This document shows, one piece after another, positions 18,758-28,730 of a stretch of DNA of 64,000 nt. Made by a program: the position numbers and the translations under genes. Below the pieces are notes generated by a model. The model was not told the origin of the DNA. It did no database searches and saw only the letters and a list, made by a program, of their open reading frames with translations. The stretch is from a virus. Its lineage: Duplodnaviria > Caudoviricetes. Numbering within the stretch: position 1 is the stretch's first letter; every line of letters starts with the position of its first letter. The DNA lies in the IMG/VR virus record IMGVR_UViG_3300009671_000010, positions 1-64,000 of that record. One strand, 5' to 3'.

Positions 18758-20287
18758 ATGTATATAATACCTAACACTACGTTTCAGATAAGATGGTCTG
18801 ATTTTGTAGCGTCTACAATTGATTTGTTTTATTCAATTGATGGCGGAAGTAATTGGATTGAAATTGGTAATGTCCCAAATAATAATGGTCCTTTAGCAGG
18901 TCAAGGTTATTATGATTGGTCTGTGCCAGTAAATTTACCTTATGGTGACGTAATAATAAGAATTCAAGATCATGATTCACCAGATATATATGTGGATACT
19001 CCTATTTTTGTTGTTTCTGAAGAAAAGTATATTGGACAGATTTGGAGATTAGAGTGGTCTGATTTGGTTTCTGATACAGTAAGTATCGAATATCAAATAA
19101 ATGGAACTGGTAATTGGATAGGAATTAACAGTACAGCACCAAATCATAATGGTGACTTATACAACCAGGGATATTATTTATGGACCATAGATTCAAATAT
19201 ATGCGATTCTTTAAGAATTAGAATAACTGATATTGATAATAATGTTTCAGTATATTCTCCATATGTATCTATTCTCGATACTCCTGACATCTACTTATAT
19301 ACAGAGAGTATTGTTAACTCTTCTATAGTTAATGATATAAATGTATTACCAACATTAATCATAGGAATTGATAATATATCCAGTATTAATATTATTAATA
19401 ATATAGATGTAAGTTTAAATGATAATGTTGTTTTATTAATGGAAAGCATCAGTAATTTATCTGGAATAAATAATATAGATTTAACTACTGAGCCAGATAT
19501 TAATATTGAAACAGATAGTATTGTTAATCAACACACTATATCAGATATCATATTAATAAATGGTGTTAATCCTTTTTCTATAGAGCGAAATGAAAATACA
19601 ATATCTATATTATTACAATCCTCTCCAGAAAATAATAAGCAATATACATTTAATATTTCATCTGGAATAACTGGTGAACTTTTATCTAATGAGTATGTAC
19701 TGGATAATAATTTTAGTTTTTGGTTTACAACTACTTTCTGTCCTTTATTTACATCGCTTACGCAAGTTAAACTACAAACTGGACCTATAGCTGATTATTT
19801 TATTGATGATACAATTTATAGAATGATTCATAAGAATTCTATAGATGCTATGGATTTATTTAATCTATCGAATAGTTCATCATTATCGTATGATTATTTT
19901 GGATGTACTTGGCATAATGTTCCTTATATTTTGAGAAAATATGTAGAATGCAAAACTGCATATGATATACTTGCACTTTATCAAAGTTTAATTCAAAATG
20001 GATTAAATGGTGGGCGTCAATTAAAAACATTGGGTGATATGACTATATCATATAAAGATGGTGCTGGTGCTACAAATAATGCAAATGATCCAAATAGAAA
20101 ACAACAATTGTATGAGTGTTGGACAGAAACATTACGTTCTATTAAAACTGTTAAAGCAGCTGTTAAAGGTATATATGATTTTAGTAAACAATATCCACAT
20201 CCTGTAATAGATACTGGTCATAATAGAATATCAAAACCTATATATATTAATAATACACCTGGTACTAGATTTGTAAGGAGTATATAA
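18758..20287 (+). CDS. multi-domain neck protein / putative head-tail adaptor with N-terminal Ig-like repeats
   Basis: Two related N-terminal repeats (WSDFV...NWI...QGYYDW and WSDLV...NWI...QGYYLW), four ~26-aa repeats, and adaptor-like C-terminus (YVECKTAYD, KTLGDMTISY). Confidence 0.6.
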   Translation: MYIIPNTTFQIRWSDFVASTIDLFYSIDGGSNWIEIGNVPNNNGPLAGQGYYDWSVPVNLPYGDVIIRIQDHDSPDIYVDTPIFVVSEEKYIGQIWRLEWSDLVSDTVSIEYQINGTGNWIGINSTAPNHNGDLYNQGYYLWTIDSNICDSLRIRITDIDNNVSVYSPYVSILDTPDIYLYTESIVNSSIVNDINVLPTLIIGIDNISSINIINNIDVSLNDNVVLLMESISNLSGINNIDLTTEPDINIETDSIVNQHTISDIILINGVNPFSIERNENTISILLQSSPENNKQYTFNISSGITGELLSNEYVLDNNFSFWFTTTFCPLFTSLTQVKLQTGPIADYFIDDTIYRMIHKNSIDAMDLFNLSNSSSLSYDYFGCTWHNVPYILRKYVECKTAYDILALYQSLIQNGLNGGRQLKTLGDMTISYKDGAGATNNANDPNRKQQLYECWTETLRSIKTVKAAVKGIYDFSKQYPHPVIDTGHNRISKPIYINNTPGTRFVRSI

Positions 20288-20832
20288 TGAATTGGACTGC
20301 TGATAAATCAGTTGCTTCAGTAAATAGAAGTATAAATCGATCTGTATATAATAATACTATTACACAGGGCGATGGTATTGATTTAAGAATTGAAATGCAT
20401 AATATTCTCTATGGTACAACTGTTGTTCCTCCTAGAGGACATTGGATTTGTTTAAGAGTATATGATATGAATAAACCAACCGAGTTTTATAATAATATTA
20501 CACATGAAGCCGTTGGTGGACCACCTTTTGAATATATTGATAAAATTATACGTACGAGAAGAATACCAGCTCACTCATTATCTGATGACCTAGTTGGAAC
20601 TAAGGCTGGCGTACTTAAAGCTGATGAATATTTATATTATATAGAATGGTCTGAAAGATTTAAAGTTGGTGATGATATATATGAACTTACACTTGATGAT
20701 CATACTAATAGACCAACTAATATAATGCTCTATGAGAAATATAAAATAAATAGAATAATTCCAAACAGGATGGAAAATGGAAATATTCAGTACTATACTG
20801 TAATAGTTAAACTTGATGAAATTGGTTATTAA
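20287..20832 (+). CDS. putative head closure / neck protein
   Basis: Position after adaptor; beta-rich with KVGDDIYEL and ENGNIQYY; coupled start/stop. Confidence 0.5.
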   Translation: MNWTADKSVASVNRSINRSVYNNTITQGDGIDLRIEMHNILYGTTVVPPRGHWICLRVYDMNKPTEFYNNITHEAVGGPPFEYIDKIIRTRRIPAHSLSDDLVGTKAGVLKADEYLYYIEWSERFKVGDDIYELTLDDHTNRPTNIMLYEKYKINRIIPNRMENGNIQYYTVIVKLDEIGY

Positions 20833-21650
20833 TGGAAAATATATTAATTAAAAAGGATGCACCAGACTTTAGATTTTCATTATTCTACAAAGAAAATGAT
20901 AAGATATTATCTGATATTATTAAATGGGATTCTAAATCTGGACATTTAAGATCAGTTGGTTCTATAAATACTGTATTTGAAATGAATGAACTGATGTCTA
21001 AATCTATGAAAATTATTGATCCTACAATGTGTTTTGAACCAGATTTTCCAGAATTTCTTGTATCAAAATCACATATTGATGGTAAACTTAATCCAAAAGT
21101 TATTACGTGGGGAACAGTTAGAAAAGAACCTGGTACTGTTAGTGGCACACCATTTCGTGGAACACAGGAAATTAAACCACGTATCAGAGAATCTATAGCT
21201 ATCTTTACACCAAGTACAAGTAATTATCTTAATATCATATCAACTGAATTAGCTAAATATGTCAGGATTAAAGCACAAGTATTTGATAATTTAATACAAT
21301 ACAATTGTTGGTCTAGATCAAATTATCAAGTTGAAGAATTACTTGACTGGTTTGAATTGTATATGGAAAGATATCGTGGTATGTTTAGAGAAGCTGGAGT
21401 TAATGACATAGTATTCAATAGACAGGTTAGAGATGATTCTCTTACCCAACTAAACAAGCATTACCATGTTAGATCCGTCCTATACTACGTTAGAACGGAG
21501 AGAATATTTATAGATACAATCTCTCCAATAACTCGTATTGATTTAAATATAGACGTTAATGATCTCCAGAAAAAAATTATTAATTTGGAAGATCATAGTA
21601 TTGATACTAACTTATATTCAAATATTATAAATAAGTGGGTCAATAAGTAA
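20832..21650 (+). CDS. putative tail terminator / neck protein
   Basis: Directly before sheath; FDNLIQYNCWSRSNYQVEELLDWFE pattern resembles tail-completion proteins. Confidence 0.55.
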   Translation: MENILIKKDAPDFRFSLFYKENDKILSDIIKWDSKSGHLRSVGSINTVFEMNELMSKSMKIIDPTMCFEPDFPEFLVSKSHIDGKLNPKVITWGTVRKEPGTVSGTPFRGTQEIKPRIRESIAIFTPSTSNYLNIISTELAKYVRIKAQVFDNLIQYNCWSRSNYQVEELLDWFELYMERYRGMFREAGVNDIVFNRQVRDDSLTQLNKHYHVRSVLYYVRTERIFIDTISPITRIDLNIDVNDLQKKIINLEDHSIDTNLYSNIINKWVNK

Positions 21651-21669
21651 GAAATTTGGAGGAATATAA

Positions 21670-24411
21670 ATGGCTAGAGAAATAAATATTCCATCAACTT
21701 CTACCTTTGTACAAGATTTCGGATTAAATGTTACTCCAGCTCCTGCAGTACGAAATAAGAAAGTTCTTATTATAGGTACAGCTTCTGATGGTCCGATGTA
21801 TGAACCAATTTTGATTAATAAACCAGAAGAGGCTGAATACATATGGGGAGATCAGGCAGGTGGTGATCTTGTAAGAGGTATATATGAATGTTGGAATGTA
21901 CAAACTGGCTTTCCCACAGTTGTAGGTGTTCGTATTGGTAATGGAAAAAAAGCAGTACTCGAACTCCTTGAAGCTTCTGGGACTGGTGCAAATGCTCCTC
22001 AAACAGCTTCAACTGTATCTTTAAAGTTAGAATCTTTATATCCAGGACAAGGATATAATCAAATAACTATTGGTTATAATGAAAATAGACAAATTGCTAT
22101 ATATAATCCTAAAACTGGTTATATTTCTACTTTTACAGTTGATACAGAGCATCCTAATAATCCTAATGCACAGGTACATAATGTTGCAGAACTCGTTGAT
22201 GCAATTAATGCTGATAGGAATCTATCAAGTGTTTTAACAGCATCATATGAAGCTTTAACAGCTGACTATGAATTTAGTATTAACTCTTCCAGTTCTGGAA
22301 TTGTTTCTAATTCTGATGTTAAAGTTGAGCTTAATCTAAATGAAATTTTGTCTAATAATTATGTTACGACAAGTGGATTTATGATTGAAAGTCCAGTAGG
22401 TAGTGGAGTTACATCAAGTAATAATATTACTGAATTGGAGACTGTAGAAGTTGTATCTGTATCTGAATGGGAATTAATTAAGACTAATGGTTCGAATATA
22501 GTAGAACTTAGTTTGTCTCCGCTTGATGGTAAAGGTAGTGTAAGATGGGATACTATTCAGTGTCTTAAAGATTATAACAATGATAATCAATGGATGACAT
22601 CTCCATCTGGTGTTATTAAATCAGAATTCATTTATCAGCTTTCTAATAAGTTTATGGATGGTGGTTCTGGTGAGGGTTTTGCTACTGCATCTGGTGGGTA
22701 TAATGGCACTAATACATTTAATATCGCAGTACCTTTATGTTTAGATGATTCAGAAGAAGTAAATGGTAACTATATATCATCTGGTATAATAGTTGGAAAT
22801 TCAGTTTATAATGACTATCAGAGTGACTGGACTTTAGCTACTTCTCAAGGTATTCAAACTAAGCTTGATGATGCTGGAATAAGTATCAGACCATCTGGTC
22901 AGATTAAAGTGTATGTTTCCACAGATTCTGATCCAAATGGATATTGGCAGGAACTTCCATATAGTAAAACATCTGGAGTTTACTTGAGTGCATATTCTAA
23001 TGGAATTGCAACATTCTCAATCGGATCTAGTTTAACAGCTGATGTATCTGGTGTTATGAGAAAACTAGTTGATGTAGATGGAACTATACTGGCAAATAGA
23101 TATCTGCGTATTTATGCTAATACAATTAAAGGTTTTCTTGGAGAAGTAGAAACTCTTCCTGAACTTGAAGATGCTGGTACAACTAATTTCACATCATACT
23201 TTGTACGTGATAATGAAGTTGTATTTAATAAAGTTCCAGATTTTGACATAGTTATTAACTATGGTACAAGAGTAAATTATGAAGTTGGTTCAAATGTAAG
23301 TTTATCTGATGCATATAGAGGATTCTTATCTTTTACTAATCCAGAAATGTTACCTGGTCCAGGTGGACATAAACTTGATAGTAAAAATGTATTTATAAGA
23401 CTACGATATAAATATATGCCTAATTTTCCAAATATAACATCTAAACAAAAATCTTTATCAGGTGGAACAAATGGAAACTATTTATCTAATGCAGAAAGAT
23501 ATAAAACATTTAATATAGCCTATGATAAGCTTAAAAACTATAATGCTGATATTTATGTTCCAATGGGTGCATATATTGATGCTACTGCAATAAAAGCTAA
23601 TCCTGTTACTGGACTGAAAGAAGAAATTCCTGTTGGGTTTCATATTCAACTTGAAGATTTTCTTGAAGATTTATCAATTAACTCAGTACAACCACATGCA
23701 GTTTTAGGAGTAAGTCCTTCTCTGAAGAATACTCAGGAATCTAAAGATTTATGGGTTGATAGACTTACTATTCCAGATTTAAGTGATCCTAATAGAGCTG
23801 CTAATATTATGACACAGATTCAAAATAAATTCATGAGTATTGTAGCTTTCGAACCTTTATTTTTGAATATCGGTAGAGGAAGACCATATATTGCAAACGG
23901 TCAGGCTGCATATGCTGGATTCCTTGCATCGATACCATATAATATTTCACCTACTAATAAAGAGATTCCTGGAATTTCTTCTATTAGATTTGATTTGTCT
24001 GTTAATCAGTTTGAACGTCTTAATGCAATGCGTTATGTTACAATGATGGCATATCAGGGTAGAAATCCAACTGTTGTTGAAGATGTAACTGCGGCACCAT
24101 ATGGATCTGATTTTGTTAACTGGTCTACATTCAGTATAATGGCTGAAGCTTCTAATCGAGTAAGATCAATAGCAAGAGAATTTCTTGGCAGACCAAATAG
24201 TGTTGAAGTTAGAGCATCACTAGAACAATTAATATCTAATGCACTTAGGAGCATGGATGGTTTAAGAGGTTTTGATTTTTCAATAACTTCTTCAGCATCA
24301 CAGCAAGTTCTTGGTACAATAGAAATAGACTTGGTTCTTGTTCCAGTATTTACAATCAAGAGAATAAGAAATACAGTCAAATTAAGAAAGAATCTTACAA
24401 CAAATACTTAA
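21670..24411 (+). CDS. tail sheath protein with large central insertion
   Basis: N-terminal VLIIGTASDGPMYEP, LSGGTNG, SPTNKEIPG, C-terminal FLGRPN and IEIDLVLVPVFTIKRI; GGAGG RBS. Confidence 0.92.
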   Translation: MAREINIPSTSTFVQDFGLNVTPAPAVRNKKVLIIGTASDGPMYEPILINKPEEAEYIWGDQAGGDLVRGIYECWNVQTGFPTVVGVRIGNGKKAVLELLEASGTGANAPQTASTVSLKLESLYPGQGYNQITIGYNENRQIAIYNPKTGYISTFTVDTEHPNNPNAQVHNVAELVDAINADRNLSSVLTASYEALTADYEFSINSSSSGIVSNSDVKVELNLNEILSNNYVTTSGFMIESPVGSGVTSSNNITELETVEVVSVSEWELIKTNGSNIVELSLSPLDGKGSVRWDTIQCLKDYNNDNQWMTSPSGVIKSEFIYQLSNKFMDGGSGEGFATASGGYNGTNTFNIAVPLCLDDSEEVNGNYISSGIIVGNSVYNDYQSDWTLATSQGIQTKLDDAGISIRPSGQIKVYVSTDSDPNGYWQELPYSKTSGVYLSAYSNGIATFSIGSSLTADVSGVMRKLVDVDGTILANRYLRIYANTIKGFLGEVETLPELEDAGTTNFTSYFVRDNEVVFNKVPDFDIVINYGTRVNYEVGSNVSLSDAYRGFLSFTNPEMLPGPGGHKLDSKNVFIRLRYKYMPNFPNITSKQKSLSGGTNGNYLSNAERYKTFNIAYDKLKNYNADIYVPMGAYIDATAIKANPVTGLKEEIPVGFHIQLEDFLEDLSINSVQPHAVLGVSPSLKNTQESKDLWVDRLTIPDLSDPNRAANIMTQIQNKFMSIVAFEPLFLNIGRGRPYIANGQAAYAGFLASIPYNISPTNKEIPGISSIRFDLSVNQFERLNAMRYVTMMAYQGRNPTVVEDVTAAPYGSDFVNWSTFSIMAEASNRVRSIAREFLGRPNSVEVRASLEQLISNALRSMDGLRGFDFSITSSASQQVLGTIEIDLVLVPVFTIKRIRNTVKLRKNLTTNT

Positions 24412-24439
24412 ATGAGTTGGGCGTAATGCCCTTCTCATT
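24411..24439 (+). other. intergenic hairpin between sheath and tube genes (no U-tract)
   Basis: AATGAG-TT-GGGC-GTAAT-GCCC-TT-CTCATT inverted repeat. Confidence 0.55.
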
Positions 24440-24459
24440 ATATCCTTAAGGAGGAAATT

Positions 24460-25182
24460 ATGGCATTTGATAGCATAGAGGGAGCAGTAAGTGGATTACA
24501 AAGATCCTATAATGCATCTTCTGGTTGTGATATCGTTGCTACGTTGGATGGGATTGTGATAGCTAATTTAAATGGTATATCATATTCTACAACTAGAGAA
24601 AAGGCTCCGATATATGTCATGGGTTCTACTGATGCTGTATCATTTGGACGTGGAAAAAGGGGACATGCTGGCTCATTAGTTTTTACTAATTTTGATAGAC
24701 ATGCTCTTTATGATTTCATGGAAGGAACATATGGTGGTGGAACAAGTGATAAAAAACGATATTATTACTGGGCAAAAAAGACAGACATTCCAGCTGGAGG
24801 ACGTAGTAATCTAATAGGTACTACATTCAATGATCTTAGTGCTTTAGGTGTTGAACGTAAAAAGCCAAACTATTCTGATCAGTTACCTCCATTTACAATT
24901 ACTCTTACTTCTTTAAATGAATATGGTAATGTATCTGTAATGCATATTCTTGGTGTTGAACTTATAAATGAAGGATCTGGTGTATCTATAGATGACATAG
25001 TTACTGAAACTCAGATGACTTTCACAGCTCGTGGTATAATTGGTTGGAGACCTTTAATGGAAGCAGCTAATATAACAGGTGATTCATATAATATTACCAA
25101 CACTGATATATTAGATAGAATTAATCAATTAACAGCTGTTCAGCAAGCTGAATTATTTGGTAATATATCTAATAACACTTAA
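24460..25182 (+). CDS. tail tube protein
   Basis: Follows sheath, AAGGAGG RBS; SGCDIVA, ISYSTTREKAPIY, GKRGHAGSLVF, DQLPPFTI, GVELINEG...SIDD. Confidence 0.85.
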   Translation: MAFDSIEGAVSGLQRSYNASSGCDIVATLDGIVIANLNGISYSTTREKAPIYVMGSTDAVSFGRGKRGHAGSLVFTNFDRHALYDFMEGTYGGGTSDKKRYYYWAKKTDIPAGGRSNLIGTTFNDLSALGVERKKPNYSDQLPPFTITLTSLNEYGNVSVMHILGVELINEGSGVSIDDIVTETQMTFTARGIIGWRPLMEAANITGDSYNITNTDILDRINQLTAVQQAELFGNISNNT

Positions 25183-25183
25183 T

Positions 25184-25219
25184 ATTTAGCCATAGTCATA
25201 TATGGCTAAATTTTACTTT
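25184..25219 (+). terminator. intrinsic terminator after tube gene
   Basis: Perfect 11-bp stem ATTTAGCCATA / TATGGCTAAAT, 6-nt loop, T-rich tail. Confidence 0.7.
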
Positions 25220-25221
25220 AT

Positions 25222-26178
25222 ATGATTAATACAAATATAACAGATATACTTGGAACTTCACTTAATAACTTAGATGGAATAATTACTGGTTTAGATAAAA
25301 ATACTGGTGATAATGATCCACTTAGGGATTCTTTTGTCAAATCTAATTCTTCATTTAGTGGAAGTGATTGTACTGTTATAGCTCAAATTAATCAGACTTT
25401 AATTTCTCTTGGAAATGTAGAAACATTTTCCTATTCTATATTTAGAGAAAAATCTCCTGTACGTACACTTGGAAGATCTAATGCTAAAGGATATACATCT
25501 GGAGGTAGAACTATAAGTGGAAGCATAGTATTTATAGTATTCGATAGACATCCTCTATATGATATTATTAAAGCTATGAAATATAATCCTAGAAAACTAG
25601 ATACCAGGTCAACCAATCCAGTTGCAGATCAGATATCTCCAATTGATTTATTTCTTGTCTTTCGTAATGAATATGGACATGAATCATTATTAAAGTTATA
25701 TGGTGTTGAGTTTTTACAAGAAGGTCAAACTCATTCTATTAATGATTTATATTCTGAAAATGTAATTCAATATGTTGCAAAAGATATGGATGTCATGATA
25801 AATTCTAAAGATAATGATGAATTCCATGATCTTGTTTTTCAGAGAAGATTAGCAGGACAATTTGTCGATAATTACTTATCATCTCTGCTGACATTTAAAC
25901 AAAATATATTATATCAGATAACAATGGCTAATAAGAATATTATGGAAAGTGAATTACTTAAACAAAAAGATCCTACACAATCTAGAGCTCTTGATACTGA
26001 TATTCGTTATTATAATATGAAATTAACTAAACTAAATAATGATTTGAATTCTATTAATAAACAAATAACTGTTTATGAATCTAATCTAAATGGTTGGAAT
26101 GCTCAACATGATGACAGTATGACATTATATGATAATCTTCGTCAATCATCAGTAACTACACCTTCATATAAAGGATAA
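25222..26178 (+). CDS. tail tube paralogue (tube initiator-like) with C-terminal coiled coil
   Basis: FSGSDCTV, FSYSIFREKSPV, GGRTISGSIVF, DQISPID, GVEFLQEGQTHSIND align by eye with the tube protein. Confidence 0.8.
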   Translation: MINTNITDILGTSLNNLDGIITGLDKNTGDNDPLRDSFVKSNSSFSGSDCTVIAQINQTLISLGNVETFSYSIFREKSPVRTLGRSNAKGYTSGGRTISGSIVFIVFDRHPLYDIIKAMKYNPRKLDTRSTNPVADQISPIDLFLVFRNEYGHESLLKLYGVEFLQEGQTHSINDLYSENVIQYVAKDMDVMINSKDNDEFHDLVFQRRLAGQFVDNYLSSLLTFKQNILYQITMANKNIMESELLKQKDPTQSRALDTDIRYYNMKLTKLNNDLNSINKQITVYESNLNGWNAQHDDSMTLYDNLRQSSVTTPSYKG

Positions 26179-26180
26179 TT

Positions 26181-28316
26181 ATGGCAGAAAGAGTTAATAT
26201 ATTATCTAATAGTGATTATTCTGCTAATAATCCTTACACAGAACCAACAAGAGATAATTACCAGAGATATCCATATGACTATTACTCTGGTACAGATTGC
26301 AAAATATTCTTTGGTGATATATGGGTAGATGACATAGTTACTATTCAGTATTCTATTAACCAGACAAAAACTCCAATTTATGGTTATGCTTCACAAAATT
26401 ATGATGCTGTATGTAAAGGTCAAGTATTGGTACAAGGTACACTTAGTATTGCATTTAAAGAAGTTGGATATTTAAATACAATACAATATGTTATGGATGG
26501 ACAAAAAGAAAGAGTACATACAGCTTTAGCTGATAAAATTGTTGAATATTCTGATGGTGCAAAAAAAGGAACTGTTAAATATATTCCACAGTTAGATGGA
26601 TTAACAGGTGTTACTATTTCTGCTAATGGAACTCCGCAAATAATAAGACAAGAGCAAACTATAGAACAAATACTTTCGGCTAGGAATGGTAATAATACTG
26701 CTTCTGGATTATGGAAAGATTTATATGGTGGAAATACAACAAATAGAGATTTTGAAGATTTTGCTGAAGCACTTGAAGATACAATTTGGGGTGATGCTAA
26801 TGGTAAACCATATGAATTGAAAAAATATTTAAGACGTGTTGATGAATTCGATTATAATAGAATTGGTGGAATAACTGTAGGTTCAGATAATGATTACTCA
26901 GAGTGTTTAAATATATTACTTGCATTCGGAGATATAAATGACTATAGAGCTGAACATACACTTGTTTCTCTTAATGATGTTCATTTTACAAGTTCTTCAA
27001 TGGTTGTTTCTCCTGATGGAAATCCAATAGCTGAAGTTTATCAATTTTTTGCAAGAGATATTAATAGAAGTATTCAACAATCATCCAGTACTTTTAAAAT
27101 AAATCCTATTAAATTAAATATGGGAATAGATGCTTCTGTATCTAAGTTATCTGATATTGCAGAGATTGAAAAAGAATTAAATCAATCATCTCAAAAAGTT
27201 ATTATAACAACCTTATCAAGATTAACTTCAAATGGTTGGTCGCCTGTAAGTATGATTATTGGTGAAGGTACTTTAAATATTAATAAATCTGAACCATATG
27301 TTGATCAGTTAATTAGAGTAGTTAGCTCAATATTTAATGAAACTATTACTACAACCGATGCATCTCAATATCTTATATCAGCAAATGTTGGTGATGGAAA
27401 TAATATCAATATGATATTAGAACAAACATTTCCTAATACAAGATCTTACAAAGTAATTTCTCCTACAAGAGATAATTATTTAGCATCTAATATACTTTCA
27501 AGAGATGATTTATGGAAAAATACTAAAGTTATAACAAATGAAGATATACGTGAAAATAACTCTAATCCAAAAAATGATTTTGAAAATACAAAAGAATTAG
27601 GAGATATTTTGGCTAATGTTGGTAAACTTAATAAAGTTGAAGATAAAATTCCAACTACTGCACAGATTGTAGATTCTTCTAATCCAGTCGAAGAACAACA
27701 GAATAAACCAAATCCTATAAAATCTAATGCAATATATACACAAAAAGCACAAGATTTTATTAATCAATATACAGATAGCTTTGTTAAAACTGGTTTAGAA
27801 TATGGAATTGAACCAGGAGTACTAGTTGCTAATATGGCGATGGAATCAGGTTTTAATACATCAGCTATTTCATCTACAGGTGCTGTTGGTTTATCTCAAT
27901 TTACAGCAGAAGGCATAAAGGCAATTAATAACCGATACCCCAGTTATATTAAAGATACATTTGGTATAACCAAAAATCCAAAAGATCTAACTTCATCTGA
28001 TTATGAATATATTAAGAAACAAATTGCATCAGATCCTGATACTTCTATTGATGCGATGGGTAGATTATTATCTATTAATAAGACTGATTATGTTAAAAAA
28101 AATAATGTAAATCCAACTGCAGCAGAACAAAGAGCTATGTATGTCGGTGGCTTAAATTATAATAAATCAAATAATTCAGCTGAAGCAAATAATGAATTAA
28201 ATAGATTTAATCAACAATATTCTAATATTGGACAAATATCGAATATTAGTATTAAGAATGAAGAAAAAGAAAAAGAAATTTATATAAATGGAGTAAAGAT
28301 TACGATAAAAAAGTAA
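26181..28316 (+). CDS. tail tube paralogue fused to SLT-type lytic transglycosylase
   Basis: N-terminal YSGTDCKI...IQYSINQTKTPIYGY...VQGTLSI tube-like domain; C-terminal MAMESGFNTSAISSTGAVGLSQFT. Confidence 0.8.
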   Translation: MAERVNILSNSDYSANNPYTEPTRDNYQRYPYDYYSGTDCKIFFGDIWVDDIVTIQYSINQTKTPIYGYASQNYDAVCKGQVLVQGTLSIAFKEVGYLNTIQYVMDGQKERVHTALADKIVEYSDGAKKGTVKYIPQLDGLTGVTISANGTPQIIRQEQTIEQILSARNGNNTASGLWKDLYGGNTTNRDFEDFAEALEDTIWGDANGKPYELKKYLRRVDEFDYNRIGGITVGSDNDYSECLNILLAFGDINDYRAEHTLVSLNDVHFTSSSMVVSPDGNPIAEVYQFFARDINRSIQQSSSTFKINPIKLNMGIDASVSKLSDIAEIEKELNQSSQKVIITTLSRLTSNGWSPVSMIIGEGTLNINKSEPYVDQLIRVVSSIFNETITTTDASQYLISANVGDGNNINMILEQTFPNTRSYKVISPTRDNYLASNILSRDDLWKNTKVITNEDIRENNSNPKNDFENTKELGDILANVGKLNKVEDKIPTTAQIVDSSNPVEEQQNKPNPIKSNAIYTQKAQDFINQYTDSFVKTGLEYGIEPGVLVANMAMESGFNTSAISSTGAVGLSQFTAEGIKAINNRYPSYIKDTFGITKNPKDLTSSDYEYIKKQIASDPDTSIDAMGRLLSINKTDYVKKNNVNPTAAEQRAMYVGGLNYNKSNNSAEANNELNRFNQQYSNIGQISNISIKNEEKEKEIYINGVKITIKK

Positions 28317-28351
28317 TTATACTATTATAGATTCTTGGGAAGGAGAATAAA

Positions 28352-28654
28352 ATGGAAGTTACAAAAGAACAAATTGAGGCATGGAAAAAAGAACATACAT
28401 ATGTCTATAGAACAAAATTTGACAATGATTTTTATTATTTTAGAACTCTAACACGTTCTGACTATGATAGGATTACTAGTGAGCAGGCTGCAGATCCAAT
28501 TGGGTATAATTATGAAAAGTCTGTAGTAGAAACATGTATTTTATCTGAACATCCTGCAGATATTTTTGATAAAAAATCTGGTATTGTAATTGTTTTATCA
28601 GAGGCTATATTTATTAGATCTGGTTTCCAACAAGTTGATATAGAAGAACTTTAA
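28352..28654 (+). CDS. tail assembly chaperone
   Basis: AAGGAG RBS; EQIEAWKKEH..VY...YYFRTLTRSDY pattern; position after tube genes. Confidence 0.75.
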   Translation: MEVTKEQIEAWKKEHTYVYRTKFDNDFYYFRTLTRSDYDRITSEQAADPIGYNYEKSVVETCILSEHPADIFDKKSGIVIVLSEAIFIRSGFQQVDIEEL

Positions 28655-28680
28655 TCTAAAAATTATACCAGTTCAATGAT

Positions 28681-28719
28681 AGCCATGGTAGAATTTACTA
28701 TCATGGCTTATTTTATTTT
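28681..28719 (+). terminator. intrinsic terminator-like hairpin
   Basis: Stem AGCCATGGTAG / CTATCATGGCT (one G-U) followed by TATTTTATTTT. Confidence 0.65.
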
Positions 28720-28730
28720 AAAGGAATGAT

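Noticed and set aside
16501-28351. Conserved late-promoter motif in intergenic gaps; tRNA genes
   Set aside because: TATAAT-like words occur but are expected in such AT-rich DNA, and no consistent motif was evident; gaps are short and showed no cloverleaf.
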